A stretch of 64,000 bases of DNA from Candidatus Brocadiia bacterium (GTDB lineage: Bacteria > Planctomycetota > Brocadiia > CAIUPP01): contig JBEKCB010000018.1 in the NCBI GenBank assembly GCA_050015075.1, positions 1 through 64,000 of the forward strand, in the 5' to 3' direction. The notes beneath the pieces were generated by a model that saw nothing but the letters and a program-made list of their open reading frames with translations, was not told where the DNA came from and made no database searches. Below, in pieces: positions 47,551-56,882 of the stretch (position 1 is the stretch's first letter; the number at the start of each line of letters is the position of its first letter). A program made the position numbers and the translations under genes.

Positions 47551-48960
47551 TCACTCGGCATTCCTGGTCAGCCTGGCCATGAACAGCCCGTCTCCACCGT
47601 CGTGCGCCGGCAGGAATTCCTCCTGCGCTTCGAGCCGGAAGCCCGGCGCGGAGCGCAGCGCCGCGGCGACGACGTGCGCGTTCTCGTCCGGCTCCACGCT
47701 GCACGTGCTGTAAACCAGCGTGCCGCCGGGGCGGAGGCAATGCAGCGCGGCCTCGAGCAGCGCGCGCTGCTGCGCGGTCAGTTCGGCCAGGCCCGCGTCG
47801 GAGAAACGCCAGCGCGCCTCCACGCGCCGGCGCAGGACGCCGGTGTTCGAGCAGGGCGCGTCGAGCAGCACGCGGTCGAACTTGCCCGGATGCTGCCGCG
47901 CGAAGTTCGCGCCTTCCGACTCGACCGTCGCGATGATCCGCAGGTCCAGGCGCTGCACGTTCTCGACCAGCCGCTTGAGCCGCCGCGCCGAGTCGTCCAC
48001 CGCGGCGATCATGCCCCGGTTCTGCATCCGCTCGGCCATGTGGCACGCCTTGCCGCCCGGCGCGGCGCAGAGGTCGAGGACGTTCTCGCCCGGCTGCGGC
48101 CCGACGAACGGCGCGACCGCGGCACTGGAATCGTCCTGCACCTGGAAGAGCCCCTCGCGGAAGGCGCGCAGCCGCGACACCTGCGTTCCCGGCGGCAGCA
48201 GCAGCGTACGGCCGGTCGCCGACGGGCGGGCTTCCACCTGCTCGGCGAGAAGGCTCGCGATGAGCTGCTCCGGCGAAGTCCGCAGCGCGTTCGGCCGAAT
48301 GAAAAGCGGCGGCGGCTCGTTCGCCAGCCGGCAGAGCTCGCACGCGCGCGACGTGCCGAACCGCGCCAGCCAGCGCCGCATCAGCCCGACCGGGAACGAG
48401 AGCGCGGCGGCCAGGTGCGCCGCGGATTCCGCGGGCGGCGGCAGGACTTTTTTCCCGAGCACGCAGGCACGGCCCGGCCGAACCTCGAAGGAACATTGCG
48501 GCTGGGCGAGATCGGGCTCGGCGGCGAAGCGCAGGTCGCGGCCGATGGAGCGCAGGACGGCGTTGACGAAACCGGTCGCGCGCGATTTTCCCGTCGCGCG
48601 CGCCAGCCGAACCGATTCGTCCACGATCGCGTGCTGCGGGACGCGCTCGAGGAAGAGCATCTGGTAGACGCCCAGCCGCAGCGCCTGCCGGACCACCGGG
48701 TCGAGTTCGTCCAGCGGCCGCGCCGAATACGCCGCGAGCACCGCATCGAGCGTGGCCAACCGCCGAATGACGCCATACGTCAGGTCCGCCGCCAAGCGCC
48801 GGTCCTCGGGTTTCATCGGCGCGCCCGAGAACCGCTCGTCGAGCAGCTCGCGGGCGAACGCTTTGCCGGTCGGCGACAGCGCCTGGCTGATGACCTCGAG
48901 CGCGCAGCGCCGCGGATTGGGCGAGAAGCCGCGCGGTTCGTCGCCGGTTTCACGCGCCAT
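47551..48960 (-). CDS. rsmB: 16S rRNA m5C967 methyltransferase with NusB-like domain
   Basis: QD.SS, DLCAAPGGK, LDAPCS and YSTCS. Confidence 0.92.
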   Translation of the reverse strand: MARETGDEPRGFSPNPRRCALEVISQALSPTGKAFARELLDERFSGAPMKPEDRRLAADLTYGVIRRLATLDAVLAAYSARPLDELDPVVRQALRLGVYQMLFLERVPQHAIVDESVRLARATGKSRATGFVNAVLRSIGRDLRFAAEPDLAQPQCSFEVRPGRACVLGKKVLPPPAESAAHLAAALSFPVGLMRRWLARFGTSRACELCRLANEPPPLFIRPNALRTSPEQLIASLLAEQVEARPSATGRTLLLPPGTQVSRLRAFREGLFQVQDDSSAAVAPFVGPQPGENVLDLCAAPGGKACHMAERMQNRGMIAAVDDSARRLKRLVENVQRLDLRIIATVESEGANFARQHPGKFDRVLLDAPCSNTGVLRRRVEARWRFSDAGLAELTAQQRALLEAALHCLRPGGTLVYSTCSVEPDENAHVVAAALRSAPGFRLEAQEEFLPAHDGGDGLFMARLTRNAE

Positions 48961-49897
48961 GGAGAAGGTCTCCGGGTTTGACAACGTGGCCGCGCAGGTA
49001 CGCGGCGGCGTCCATCGGCTTGCGGCCTTCGGGCTGGACGCGCAATACGGTGACGCATCCACGCCCGGTCCCGACGATGAGCCGATCCTCGGCGCGGAGG
49101 ACCTGTCCGGGCGTCGCCGCCGCGCCCGCATCGTCAGCCGGACGCGCGGCCAGCAGGATCAGCCGCTCGCGCCGCTCGCCGCAGAGGTAGAACGTGAACG
49201 CGCCCGGCCAGGGCGTCATGCCGCGGATGAAATTGCAGACGCCGCGCGCATCGAGGCGCCAAGGAACCAGGCCGTCGTTTTTCCGCAGGCTCGGCGCCTC
49301 GGTCGCCCGCGCGGCATCCTGCGGCTGCTCGACGGCCGCGCCGGACTCGACCGCGTCGAGCAGCGGCGCGATCATCTCGGCCGCCAGCACCGCGAGACGC
49401 ACGGAAAGCTCGCCGGCGGTCTCCTCGTCGCCGATGCGCAGCGCGCGCTGGACGAGAATTGCGCCGGCGTCCAGCTCGGGCGCCATGCGCTGGATGGTGA
49501 CGCCGGTCTCCGATTCGCCGCACAGGATCGCGCGCTCGATCGGCGCGGCGCCGCGGTACTTCGGCAGGAGCGAGGCATGCGCGTTGAAGCAGCCGAGCCG
49601 CGGCAGCGCCAGCACGCGCCGCCCCAGGCGCTTGCCGTACGCGGTGACGACGATCGCGTCCGGCGCGGCGGCGCGCAGCGACTGCACCGCCTCGGGCCGG
49701 TTGATGCTCTCCGGCTGGATCACCGGCACGCCCCGCGATTGGGCGACCTGCTTGACCGGCGGTGCCCACGGCACGCGCCCGCGCCCGCGCGGCTTGTCCG
49801 GCTGCGTGACGACCAGGCAGACCGCGTGGCGGCTGCGCAGCAGCGCCTCCAGCGTCGGGACGGCGAAATCGGGGGTTCCGGCGAAACAGATCTTCAC
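48950..49897 (-). CDS. fmt: Methionyl-tRNA formyltransferase
   Basis: GTPDFA, TQPD, HASLLPKYRGAAP and LDAG. Confidence 0.95.
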   Translation of the reverse strand: MKICFAGTPDFAVPTLEALLRSRHAVCLVVTQPDKPRGRGRVPWAPPVKQVAQSRGVPVIQPESINRPEAVQSLRAAAPDAIVVTAYGKRLGRRVLALPRLGCFNAHASLLPKYRGAAPIERAILCGESETGVTIQRMAPELDAGAILVQRALRIGDEETAGELSVRLAVLAAEMIAPLLDAVESGAAVEQPQDAARATEAPSLRKNDGLVPWRLDARGVCNFIRGMTPWPGAFTFYLCGERRERLILLAARPADDAGAAATPGQVLRAEDRLIVGTGRGCVTVLRVQPEGRKPMDAAAYLRGHVVKPGDLLHGA

Positions 49898-49919
49898 TCG
49901 GCGTTTTCCGTTAACCCGA

Positions 49920-50070
49920 ATTTACCACTAAGTTACCAAGGCTCAAAGAGACAACGGCTTCCACCACGGAATACACGGAGCACACCGAATGACTTTCCTG
50001 AACAGCTTCAGTGTCTTCCGTGTGTTCCGTGGTTGCAATATCAGTTGGCGTTTTTGACGCCTTGGTGGTT
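49920..50070. repeat. Inverted copy of the nested palindrome at 26243-26400
   Basis: Shares the spacer aaagagacaacggcttccaccacggaatacacggagcacaccgaa; one 8-mer unit is lost. Confidence 0.9.
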
Positions 50071-50075
50071 CAACA

Positions 50076-50624
50076 CTAACGTTGGTCGTCAGACGAGGGC
50101 GGGCCGGACGCCTGACGTTCAGCCATCTCCTGGAGCTTCGGCTCGATGATGAGCTTGGCGGTCGGGGTGAGGCGGTCCACGAAGAGCGTGCCGTCGAGGT
50201 GGTCCAACTCGTGCTGCCACGCGCGCGCGACCAGGCCCTGCGCCTCCATCTCGACCGTCTCGCCGGACGGGAGCATCGCGCGGACGGTGACGATCTCCGC
50301 GCGGCGCACTTTGGCGAAGACGCCGGGCACGCTCAGGCAGCCTTCCTCCTCGAAGAGCTTTCCGCGCTTGGACAGGATCACCGGATTGATGAACGTCTCG
50401 ACCTTTCCCGGCTCCGAGGTCGTGTTGATGAGCATGAACCGGAACGGCCAGCCGACCTGCGTAGCGGCCAGCCCGACGCCCTTCTCCTGGTGCATCAGTT
50501 CCGCCATGCGTTCGGACATCTCGCGGAGGAAACTGTTGATTTCCTTGATGCGATCCGCGTGCGCGCGCAGCGCCGGCGCCGGATAACGGAGGACGTGCAG
50601 CGTCTTCAGATCGGGATATTGCAC
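50076..50624 (-). CDS. def: Peptide deformylase
   Basis: GVGLAATQVG, EGCLS and QHELDHLDG. Confidence 0.95.
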   Translation of the reverse strand: MQYPDLKTLHVLRYPAPALRAHADRIKEINSFLREMSERMAELMHQEKGVGLAATQVGWPFRFMLINTTSEPGKVETFINPVILSKRGKLFEEEGCLSVPGVFAKVRRAEIVTVRAMLPSGETVEMEAQGLVARAWQHELDHLDGTLFVDRLTPTAKLIIEPKLQEMAERQASGPPSSDDQR

Positions 50625-50747
50625 AGGTTTCAATCCACGCCCTGCCGGCCGCAGGCGGGGCAACCAGAGGTCCGCGGCAGATGCAGCCGCCGTACGACCC
50701 CAGCAAAGAACGCGGGCGGCGAGTTGACTTCCTGCAGAACCGTCCGC

Positions 50748-51029
50748 CTATTCCGCCGCTTTCGCCGCGCCGCCGTTGAGCTTGGAGTCGATCAGGGTGA
50801 TCAGGTCGCCGACGGTGCGGAGTTTCATGGCTTCGTCGTCGGCGATCTTGACATTGAGCCGCTCCTCGATCTCGAACAGGAGCTCGGTGAGCTGCAGCGA
50901 GTCGAACCCCAGTCCCTCGCGCATGACGGTTTCTTCCTGCACCTGCACGCGCTTGAGGAGCTGATCGTCCACGATGTTCAGAATTTTTTCCAGCTCGGCC
51001 TTGATCTGCTGTCTGTCCATTGGCTTCAT
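50748..51029 (-). CDS. Acyl carrier protein
   Basis: LGFDSL phosphopantetheine site; TVGD. Confidence 0.85.
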   Translation of the reverse strand: MKPMDRQQIKAELEKILNIVDDQLLKRVQVQEETVMREGLGFDSLQLTELLFEIEERLNVKIADDEAMKLRTVGDLITLIDSKLNGGAAKAAE

Positions 51030-52288
51030 CCCTCGTAGGCTCGGACGGCGAGAACGGCGTTGGATCCTCCGAACGCGAACGAATTGCTGAGCGCGGCGCG
51101 GATGCGGGCGGGCCGCGCGACATTGGGGACGTAATCCAGGTCGCACTCCGGGTCGGGCTCATCGAGGTTGACCGTCGGCGGCATGACCTGATGCCGGATG
51201 GCGAGGATGGTGGCGATGAGCTCCAGCGCGCCGCTGGCGCCCAGGGCGTGTCCGACGACGGACTTGGTGGAGCTGATGCCGACGCGCCGCGCGTGTGCGC
51301 CGAGCGCCAGCTTGATCGCCTGCGTCTCGGTGCTGTCGTTGAGGAGCGTGCTGGTGCCGTGGGCGTTGATGTAGTCCACGTCTTCGGCGGCCAGGCCGGT
51401 GACGCGCAGCGCGTGGCGGATGGCGCTGGCCTGGCCTTCGGGGCTGGGCTTGGTGATGTGCGTGGCGTCGCTGGAGGAGCCGCTGCCGAGGATCTCGGCG
51501 TAGATGTGAGCGCCGCGGCGCACGGCGTGCTCGGCCTCTTCGAAGACGAGCATGGCGGAGCCCTCGGCGAGGACCAGGCCGTCGCGCCGGCGGTCGAACG
51601 GGCGGCAGGCCTTGGCCGGGTCCGGGTTCTTGGAGAGGACGCGCAGGTTGATCCACGCGCCGAACATGCTCTGGATGATCGGCGAATCGCACCCGCCGGT
51701 GACGACCATGTCCTCGCGGCCGGTCTGGATCCATTCGCAGGCGTCGGCCATGGCGAGCGCGCCGCTGGCGCAGGCGGCGGCGACGACGTGATGACCGCCG
51801 AGGAGGTGGCATTCCATGGAGATGTGGCTGGCGATGACGTTGTACATCGAGCGCGGGACGGTGGTCGGCCGGACGCCCTGCCAGCCGCGCGCGTTGTAGA
51901 GGGCGTAGGATTCGGTGACCGTCTCGCACGGGCCGAGGCCGGAGCCGATCAGGAGTCCGATGCGCGCGCCGTTGCGCGCGGCCTCCGCCAACGCAGCATC
52001 CTCCAGGGCGCGCCGCGCGGCAATGAGCCCGAGCAGCGCGCTGCGGTCGGTGCGCTCGATGGCGCTCGCCGGCACGGCTTTGAGCAGGTCCGCCTGGTCC
52101 ACCTCGCCGGCGCTGTGGATGGGCATTTCGCTGCTGTCGAAATTGCGGATGGCGCGGACGGCGGAACGGCCGCAGGTAAGGCCGGCCCAATACGCGTCGA
52201 GGTCGCACCCGGCCGGGCTGAGAAGCCCCATGCCGGTGACGACGACGCGGCGCTGCGGGTGAGCACGGCCGGCGGACTCCACCATCAT
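51026..52288 (-). CDS. fabF: Beta-ketoacyl-ACP synthase II family
   Basis: RRVVVTG, AACASG, INAHGTST, KS..GH and SNSFAFGG. Confidence 0.88.
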   Translation of the reverse strand: MMVESAGRAHPQRRVVVTGMGLLSPAGCDLDAYWAGLTCGRSAVRAIRNFDSSEMPIHSAGEVDQADLLKAVPASAIERTDRSALLGLIAARRALEDAALAEAARNGARIGLLIGSGLGPCETVTESYALYNARGWQGVRPTTVPRSMYNVIASHISMECHLLGGHHVVAAACASGALAMADACEWIQTGREDMVVTGGCDSPIIQSMFGAWINLRVLSKNPDPAKACRPFDRRRDGLVLAEGSAMLVFEEAEHAVRRGAHIYAEILGSGSSSDATHITKPSPEGQASAIRHALRVTGLAAEDVDYINAHGTSTLLNDSTETQAIKLALGAHARRVGISSTKSVVGHALGASGALELIATILAIRHQVMPPTVNLDEPDPECDLDYVPNVARPARIRAALSNSFAFGGSNAVLAVRAYEG

Positions 52289-53289
52289 CCTCGCTTCCTG
52301 AGTTTCTTTTGCGCGGAGGCCATCTCGCGGAAGACCAGGGCGACGGCGTCGCGCGCGTCTTCCGCGGTGGCGGTCTCGGGCGCGCGGCCGGCTTTCAAGC
52401 AGTCCACGAAGTATTTCACCTCGTTGAAGTAACCGCCGAGGCTGCTGATGTTGCCGCCGGCCTGGACTTCTCCGGCCTTCACTTGGGGCACACTGACCAG
52501 CGCCGGGGGCTTGCCTTTTTCGTAACGGGCGAGCGGCTGACTCTTCGAGGAGTAGCTGAGCACGCCCTTCGCGAAGACGGCGCGGAAAGCCATCTCGAAC
52601 GGCTCGGGTGCGTCGCACCAGCCGCCCTGGGCGGTGACGGCGACGGCCGGGTAGTGATAGTGCGTCGCGATCTGGTTCCACGCGCCGCCCTGGCACACGC
52701 CGACGCTGTCGAGGCCCTTCGGCTTGCCCAACAGGTACAGCGCGTAGTCCACGTCGTGGATGTGCAGGTCGAGCGCGGCGCCGCCGCTGAGGGCCGGCTT
52801 GCGGAACCACCCTTTCCAGCCGACGGGCATTTCGCCGAAGCGCCGCATCTCGAGCGAGACGAGCGGACCGAGCGTTTTCTGCTCGGTGTACTGCTTCAGG
52901 AGCTGATACTCCGGCCAGAAGCGGAGGACGTGGCCGACCATGAATTTGATTTTCGCGTCGCGGATGGCCTTGACCATGCGGTTGGCCTGGGCCGGATCGC
53001 GCGCGATGGGTTTTTCGCAAAGGCAATCCAGGCCGCGCTTTGCGGCAAGGAGCGCCGCCTCGCAATGCAGGTAGGTCGGCAGGCAGATGTCCACGAGGTC
53101 TACCGGCGCGCGGGTGATGAGTTCGCGCGCGGTGGAGAAGACGGCGGCGCCGTGTTTCGCGGCGAGCGGCTGCGCGTTCTCCGCCTGGTCATCGGCGATG
53201 GCGACGATTCGGACATCAGGGATCGCGGCGTAACAGGCCGCGTGCATTCTTCCCATGAAGCCGACGCCGCAGAGACCGACTTTGATCAT
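52285..53289 (-). CDS. Gfo/Idh/MocA oxidoreductase
   Basis: G.G.MG, CEKP and DLHIHD. Confidence 0.9.
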   Translation of the reverse strand: MIKVGLCGVGFMGRMHAACYAAIPDVRIVAIADDQAENAQPLAAKHGAAVFSTARELITRAPVDLVDICLPTYLHCEAALLAAKRGLDCLCEKPIARDPAQANRMVKAIRDAKIKFMVGHVLRFWPEYQLLKQYTEQKTLGPLVSLEMRRFGEMPVGWKGWFRKPALSGGAALDLHIHDVDYALYLLGKPKGLDSVGVCQGGAWNQIATHYHYPAVAVTAQGGWCDAPEPFEMAFRAVFAKGVLSYSSKSQPLARYEKGKPPALVSVPQVKAGEVQAGGNISSLGGYFNEVKYFVDCLKAGRAPETATAEDARDAVALVFREMASAQKKLRKRG

Positions 53290-53322
53290 GACCGCTCCTA
53301 TCGCGCAGGAAGGCGACGACTC

Positions 53323-54174
53323 TCACATCGCCAGGATGGCGTCCATGGCGTTCGAGGTGTTCTGGATCCGCACCATGGGGCCCGTCCTGTAGGCCGGGAC
53401 CATCTCGGCGGTGCAGAAGCCATCATATCCGACGGCCTTCAACGCCTTGACGACCTCCGGCCAGTTCACGTCGCCTTCGAGCAGGTCGCAGAACCCGTCC
53501 GCGCCGCCGGCGGAGGCCTTGTAATCCTTGAAATGCACGCGCTTGATGCGCTTGCCGAGGATGCGGATCCAGTGCTGCGGGTATCCGAACGCCACGACGT
53601 TGCCGACGTCGAAGTACGCCGCGACGAACTCGCTGTCGAACCCGTCAATGAAGTCGCGCATCTCGATCGGGCTGAGGAGAAACTTGTTCCAGACGTTCTC
53701 GACGCACAGGACGACCTTGCACTGCTCGGCGGTGCGGAGCAGCCGCTGCGTGCCTTCCTTGGCGCGCGCGAAGAGGATGTCGTACGGGATCACCTCCGCC
53801 GCCGGATTGAAGAACACGTCCACCGCGCCCGGGATGAAGAGCAGCGCGTCCGTCCCGAGCCATTGCGCGATTTGCAGCATCTTCTTCGCGGCCTGCTCGG
53901 CGCGGTTGCGGTCGGTGACCTTGTCGCCGCCGAGGCTGTACGACCAGTAGATGCCGCTGGCGAGCGAGGCGATTTTCACACCGGTCTTCTCGGCCTTCGC
54001 GCGGATGTCGGAGCATTCCTTCAGCGTCGTCTTGAGCGTCAACGGCCCCGACTCGGCGCAGCACAGTTCAACTGCGGGGAAGCCGGCGGCTTTGGCCTCG
54101 GCGAAAAACTCGCTGAGACTCTTCTTCGCTTCCAGTCCGCCCGGAAACGACCAGTAGTTGATGCTCTTCTGCAT
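53323..54174 (-). CDS. Sugar phosphate isomerase/epimerase
   Basis: ENVWNKFLLSP, YFDVGN and VHFKD. Confidence 0.9.
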   Translation of the reverse strand: MQKSINYWSFPGGLEAKKSLSEFFAEAKAAGFPAVELCCAESGPLTLKTTLKECSDIRAKAEKTGVKIASLASGIYWSYSLGGDKVTDRNRAEQAAKKMLQIAQWLGTDALLFIPGAVDVFFNPAAEVIPYDILFARAKEGTQRLLRTAEQCKVVLCVENVWNKFLLSPIEMRDFIDGFDSEFVAAYFDVGNVVAFGYPQHWIRILGKRIKRVHFKDYKASAGGADGFCDLLEGDVNWPEVVKALKAVGYDGFCTAEMVPAYRTGPMVRIQNTSNAMDAILAM

Positions 54175-54320
54175 GCACCGACTCCTTGCAAGGCAAAGCT
54201 TCTGCGCTCGCGCTGATGCGCGTTTTCAACCCCAGGCAGTGACGAAAGATTCTACCAGAGTGCTTCGGCGGAAAACAACCGGGTCCGGCGGGAGGCGCCG
54301 GAGCGCGTATCGCAACTCGT

Positions 54321-55133
54321 TCAGGCGCTTGGGGTAGCGTTGCGAACGATCGCCATCGCCCGCAGGTATGCGTCCGCCGGCGCGAAAAACTCGAACGTCA
54401 GCGGCCCGCGATAGCCTTCCCCGGCGATGCGCGGCAAAATCTCGCCCCACCGGATCGCTCCATCGCCCAGCGGCAGGTGCTGGTCCTCCGCGCCGAGGTT
54501 GTCGTGCAGGTGGATGTTGAACACGCGGTCGAACGGCTGGCGGAGGAATTCCTCGAGCTGGTTGTTGATGTGCGCGTGCCCGAGGTCGAGCGTGCGCCCG
54601 ATCCGCGGCGAGGGAAGTTCGGCCATGACCTGTTCGAAATCCTCCGGCCGATCGCCGAGCGCGTCGGTGATGATGGCCTTCGTGTGGTTCTCGAGCGCGA
54701 GGCGCATTCGCCGCCGCTCGAGTTCCGGAACCGCCAGGCGGATTCCCGCGGCGACGTTGCCGAGCGCCGCGGCGCGGCCGGTCCCGGCCGGGCAGGAGCC
54801 GAGATGCAGCGTGACGAGCGACGCCTCCAGGCGCTGCGCGCGGTCGAGGATCGTCGAGATCGTCGCCGCGATGGCCTGCGGCGGGCGCAGCGTTTCGCCG
54901 GCGCGCGAGAGGTCGAACGGCGCTTCGTATGGCCCGTGATACTGCGGCGCCAGCTTGTGCCGCTTGTCCAGCGCGCACAACTGAGGCGCCGTCTCGGTCC
55001 CGGACCACGGATCCGCGCTGCCGGGCTCGAACCACTCGACGCGCGCGAACCCGACCTGCGCGATTGCCTCGACGAGCGCGTCGAGGCTCGAAAACGGATT
55101 CCGGTCCACGCAGACGGCAATAGGGTTATCCAT
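54321..55133 (-). CDS. Sugar phosphate isomerase/epimerase (TIM barrel)
   Basis: LENH, LDLGHA and HLHDN.G..DQHL.LGDG. Confidence 0.85.
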   Translation of the reverse strand: MDNPIAVCVDRNPFSSLDALVEAIAQVGFARVEWFEPGSADPWSGTETAPQLCALDKRHKLAPQYHGPYEAPFDLSRAGETLRPPQAIAATISTILDRAQRLEASLVTLHLGSCPAGTGRAAALGNVAAGIRLAVPELERRRMRLALENHTKAIITDALGDRPEDFEQVMAELPSPRIGRTLDLGHAHINNQLEEFLRQPFDRVFNIHLHDNLGAEDQHLPLGDGAIRWGEILPRIAGEGYRGPLTFEFFAPADAYLRAMAIVRNATPSA

Positions 55134-55185
55134 CGGGCAGTCCCTGATGATGGCGGACGGGCACGGGCCGAGCGGTCTTCGCCGG

Positions 55186-56154
55186 CTACGACGTCAGGTA
55201 CAACTCGCGCCGCAGCTCCGCGTAAGCGCCGCCGGATTCTTCCTTCACCTCGGCGCCGAAAGCGCGCGAGATCCCGTCGCGCTCCTCGGCGGTAAGTTCG
55301 AAATCGGACGCCTTGAGGCTGTCTTCGAGTTGATCGAGCCGGCTGGCGCCCACGATCGGGCAGGTGACCGCGGGGCAGGAGGAAACCCACGCGATGGCCA
55401 CATGCACGGGCGAAACGCCGCGCCGCGCGGCCAGTTCCAGGAGGAAGCGCATGCCGCTGGTGTAGCGATCGAGCCAGTCGGTGATGCGCTCGTCCGTCTC
55501 CGCGCGCGAGTCCTTGGGAATCGGCCCGCCCGGCTGATATTTCCCGGCCAGCAGCCCGATCAGCAGCGTGCGGTAAATGGTGATGGCGCTCCCTTCCGCG
55601 AGCGCCTGCGGCAGCACTTCGACCTCGACGCCGCGCTCGATCGGGTTGTACGGCACCTGGTTGCAGACGAGTTCCGTCCAGCCGTGGAGCCTGGAGATCG
55701 CGTTCGAGTAGCAGAACAGCCAGGCCGGGTAGTTGCAGCAGCCGACGAAGCGCGCCTTGCCGGACTTCACGACGCGGTCCAGCGCCTCCATCACCTCCAT
55801 CGGCTTCATGCCTTTCTTCGGCCAGTGGATCATGTAGAGATCCACGAAGTCCGTCTGGAGGCGGCGCAGGCTCTCCTCGATGCTCTGGGTGATCGCCTCG
55901 GCGTCAATGCCGCGGTGCACCTTCGTCGCCAGGAAGACTTTCTTGCGCGCGGGCTTGAGGATGCGGCCCAGGAGTTCCTCGGCGGCGCCTTCGCCGTACA
56001 TCGCGGCGGTGTCCACGAAATTCACGCCCGCGTCGAGCGCCGCGGAGATGATGCGGCTCGCCTCGGCCTCGTCGGTGCGCCGGCCGAACATCATCGTGCC
56101 GAGGCACAGGTGCGAGACTTTGACGCCGGTCTTCCCGAAGGTGACTTGCTTCAT
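55186..56154 (-). CDS. Aldo/keto reductase
   Basis: LCLGTMMFG, DTA..Y, ATK and SLRRLQTD..DLY..HWP. Confidence 0.92.
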   Translation of the reverse strand: MKQVTFGKTGVKVSHLCLGTMMFGRRTDEAEASRIISAALDAGVNFVDTAAMYGEGAAEELLGRILKPARKKVFLATKVHRGIDAEAITQSIEESLRRLQTDFVDLYMIHWPKKGMKPMEVMEALDRVVKSGKARFVGCCNYPAWLFCYSNAISRLHGWTELVCNQVPYNPIERGVEVEVLPQALAEGSAITIYRTLLIGLLAGKYQPGGPIPKDSRAETDERITDWLDRYTSGMRFLLELAARRGVSPVHVAIAWVSSCPAVTCPIVGASRLDQLEDSLKASDFELTAEERDGISRAFGAEVKEESGGAYAELRRELYLTS

Positions 56155-56361
56155 CAGGTTCGTTCCGATCCGTTGAGGTTGCGTTCAAGTTGCGTTCAGA
56201 AACGATGACGGCGATGAGAACACCCGTCCCCGCACGACTGAGCGGTGCCCGTATTGACCCTGCTACGGCGAGGCAGTATATCACATGTGCGACTTTGAGA
56301 CAAGTTTTTTCGACGCGGCGGGTTCAAGGCCGTCCTGATTGGCCGAACGGCGGGGTTCTCC

Positions 56362-56389
56362 TTGACAGGCCGCGCCCTGCGACTATAAT
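56362..56389 (+). promoter_or_regulatory. sigma70 promoter of the his cluster
   Basis: TTGACA-16 nt-TATAAT. Confidence 0.7.
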
Positions 56390-56423
56390 GCACGAACGGG
56401 TTGGAATTCAGAAGGAGCATGCG

Positions 56424-56882
56424 ATGGCCGAACTGCTGCAAAGCCAGGTGGCGCAGATCCTGTCGGACAAGTACATCGTCATCGCCGTCGGCGCGCTCGC
56501 CGGCGCGAAGGTTGGGATGACCTTCGTCGTCCTCATGCAGGGCGAAGAGGTGAAGGATCCCGCCACCGGCGCGGTGCTCGGCCGGTGGGAACTGCCGAAG
56601 GGCTACCTGCGCGCGACGCACGTGCAGGAGCGGATGACCACGTGCGAGGGCATTCCGGCGCCGGGGCAGGACTCGCGCTCGACCGACGAGACCGGCGTGC
56701 TCTCGGCCACCATGATCTCCGATTCCCTGCGGCCGGAAACCTGGGGCGGCGCCGGCGACCGGCTCAACGTGAACCGCGCGCAGGTCGCCGGTATCCCACG
56801 CGTCGGCCCCATCTCCGTCGGCGACGTCGTCCGCGAATGCAAACTGGATTCGCCGGCCGACCCGAAGGCCCCTCGGCCATGA
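56424..56882 (+). CDS. Hypothetical protein (FlgT C-terminal-like beta domain)
   Basis: AAGGAG RBS; 'G...G.K.G..F.V...GEE..DP.TG..LG'; ATGA overlap with hisD. Confidence 0.65.
   Translation: MAELLQSQVAQILSDKYIVIAVGALAGAKVGMTFVVLMQGEEVKDPATGAVLGRWELPKGYLRATHVQERMTTCEGIPAPGQDSRSTDETGVLSATMISDSLRPETWGGAGDRLNVNRAQVAGIPRVGPISVGDVVRECKLDSPADPKAPRP

Noticed and set aside
51026-53065. 679-aa 'extended' FabF
   Set aside because: The upstream part overlaps the Gfo/Idh/MocA gene in another frame; FabF homology starts near 52288.
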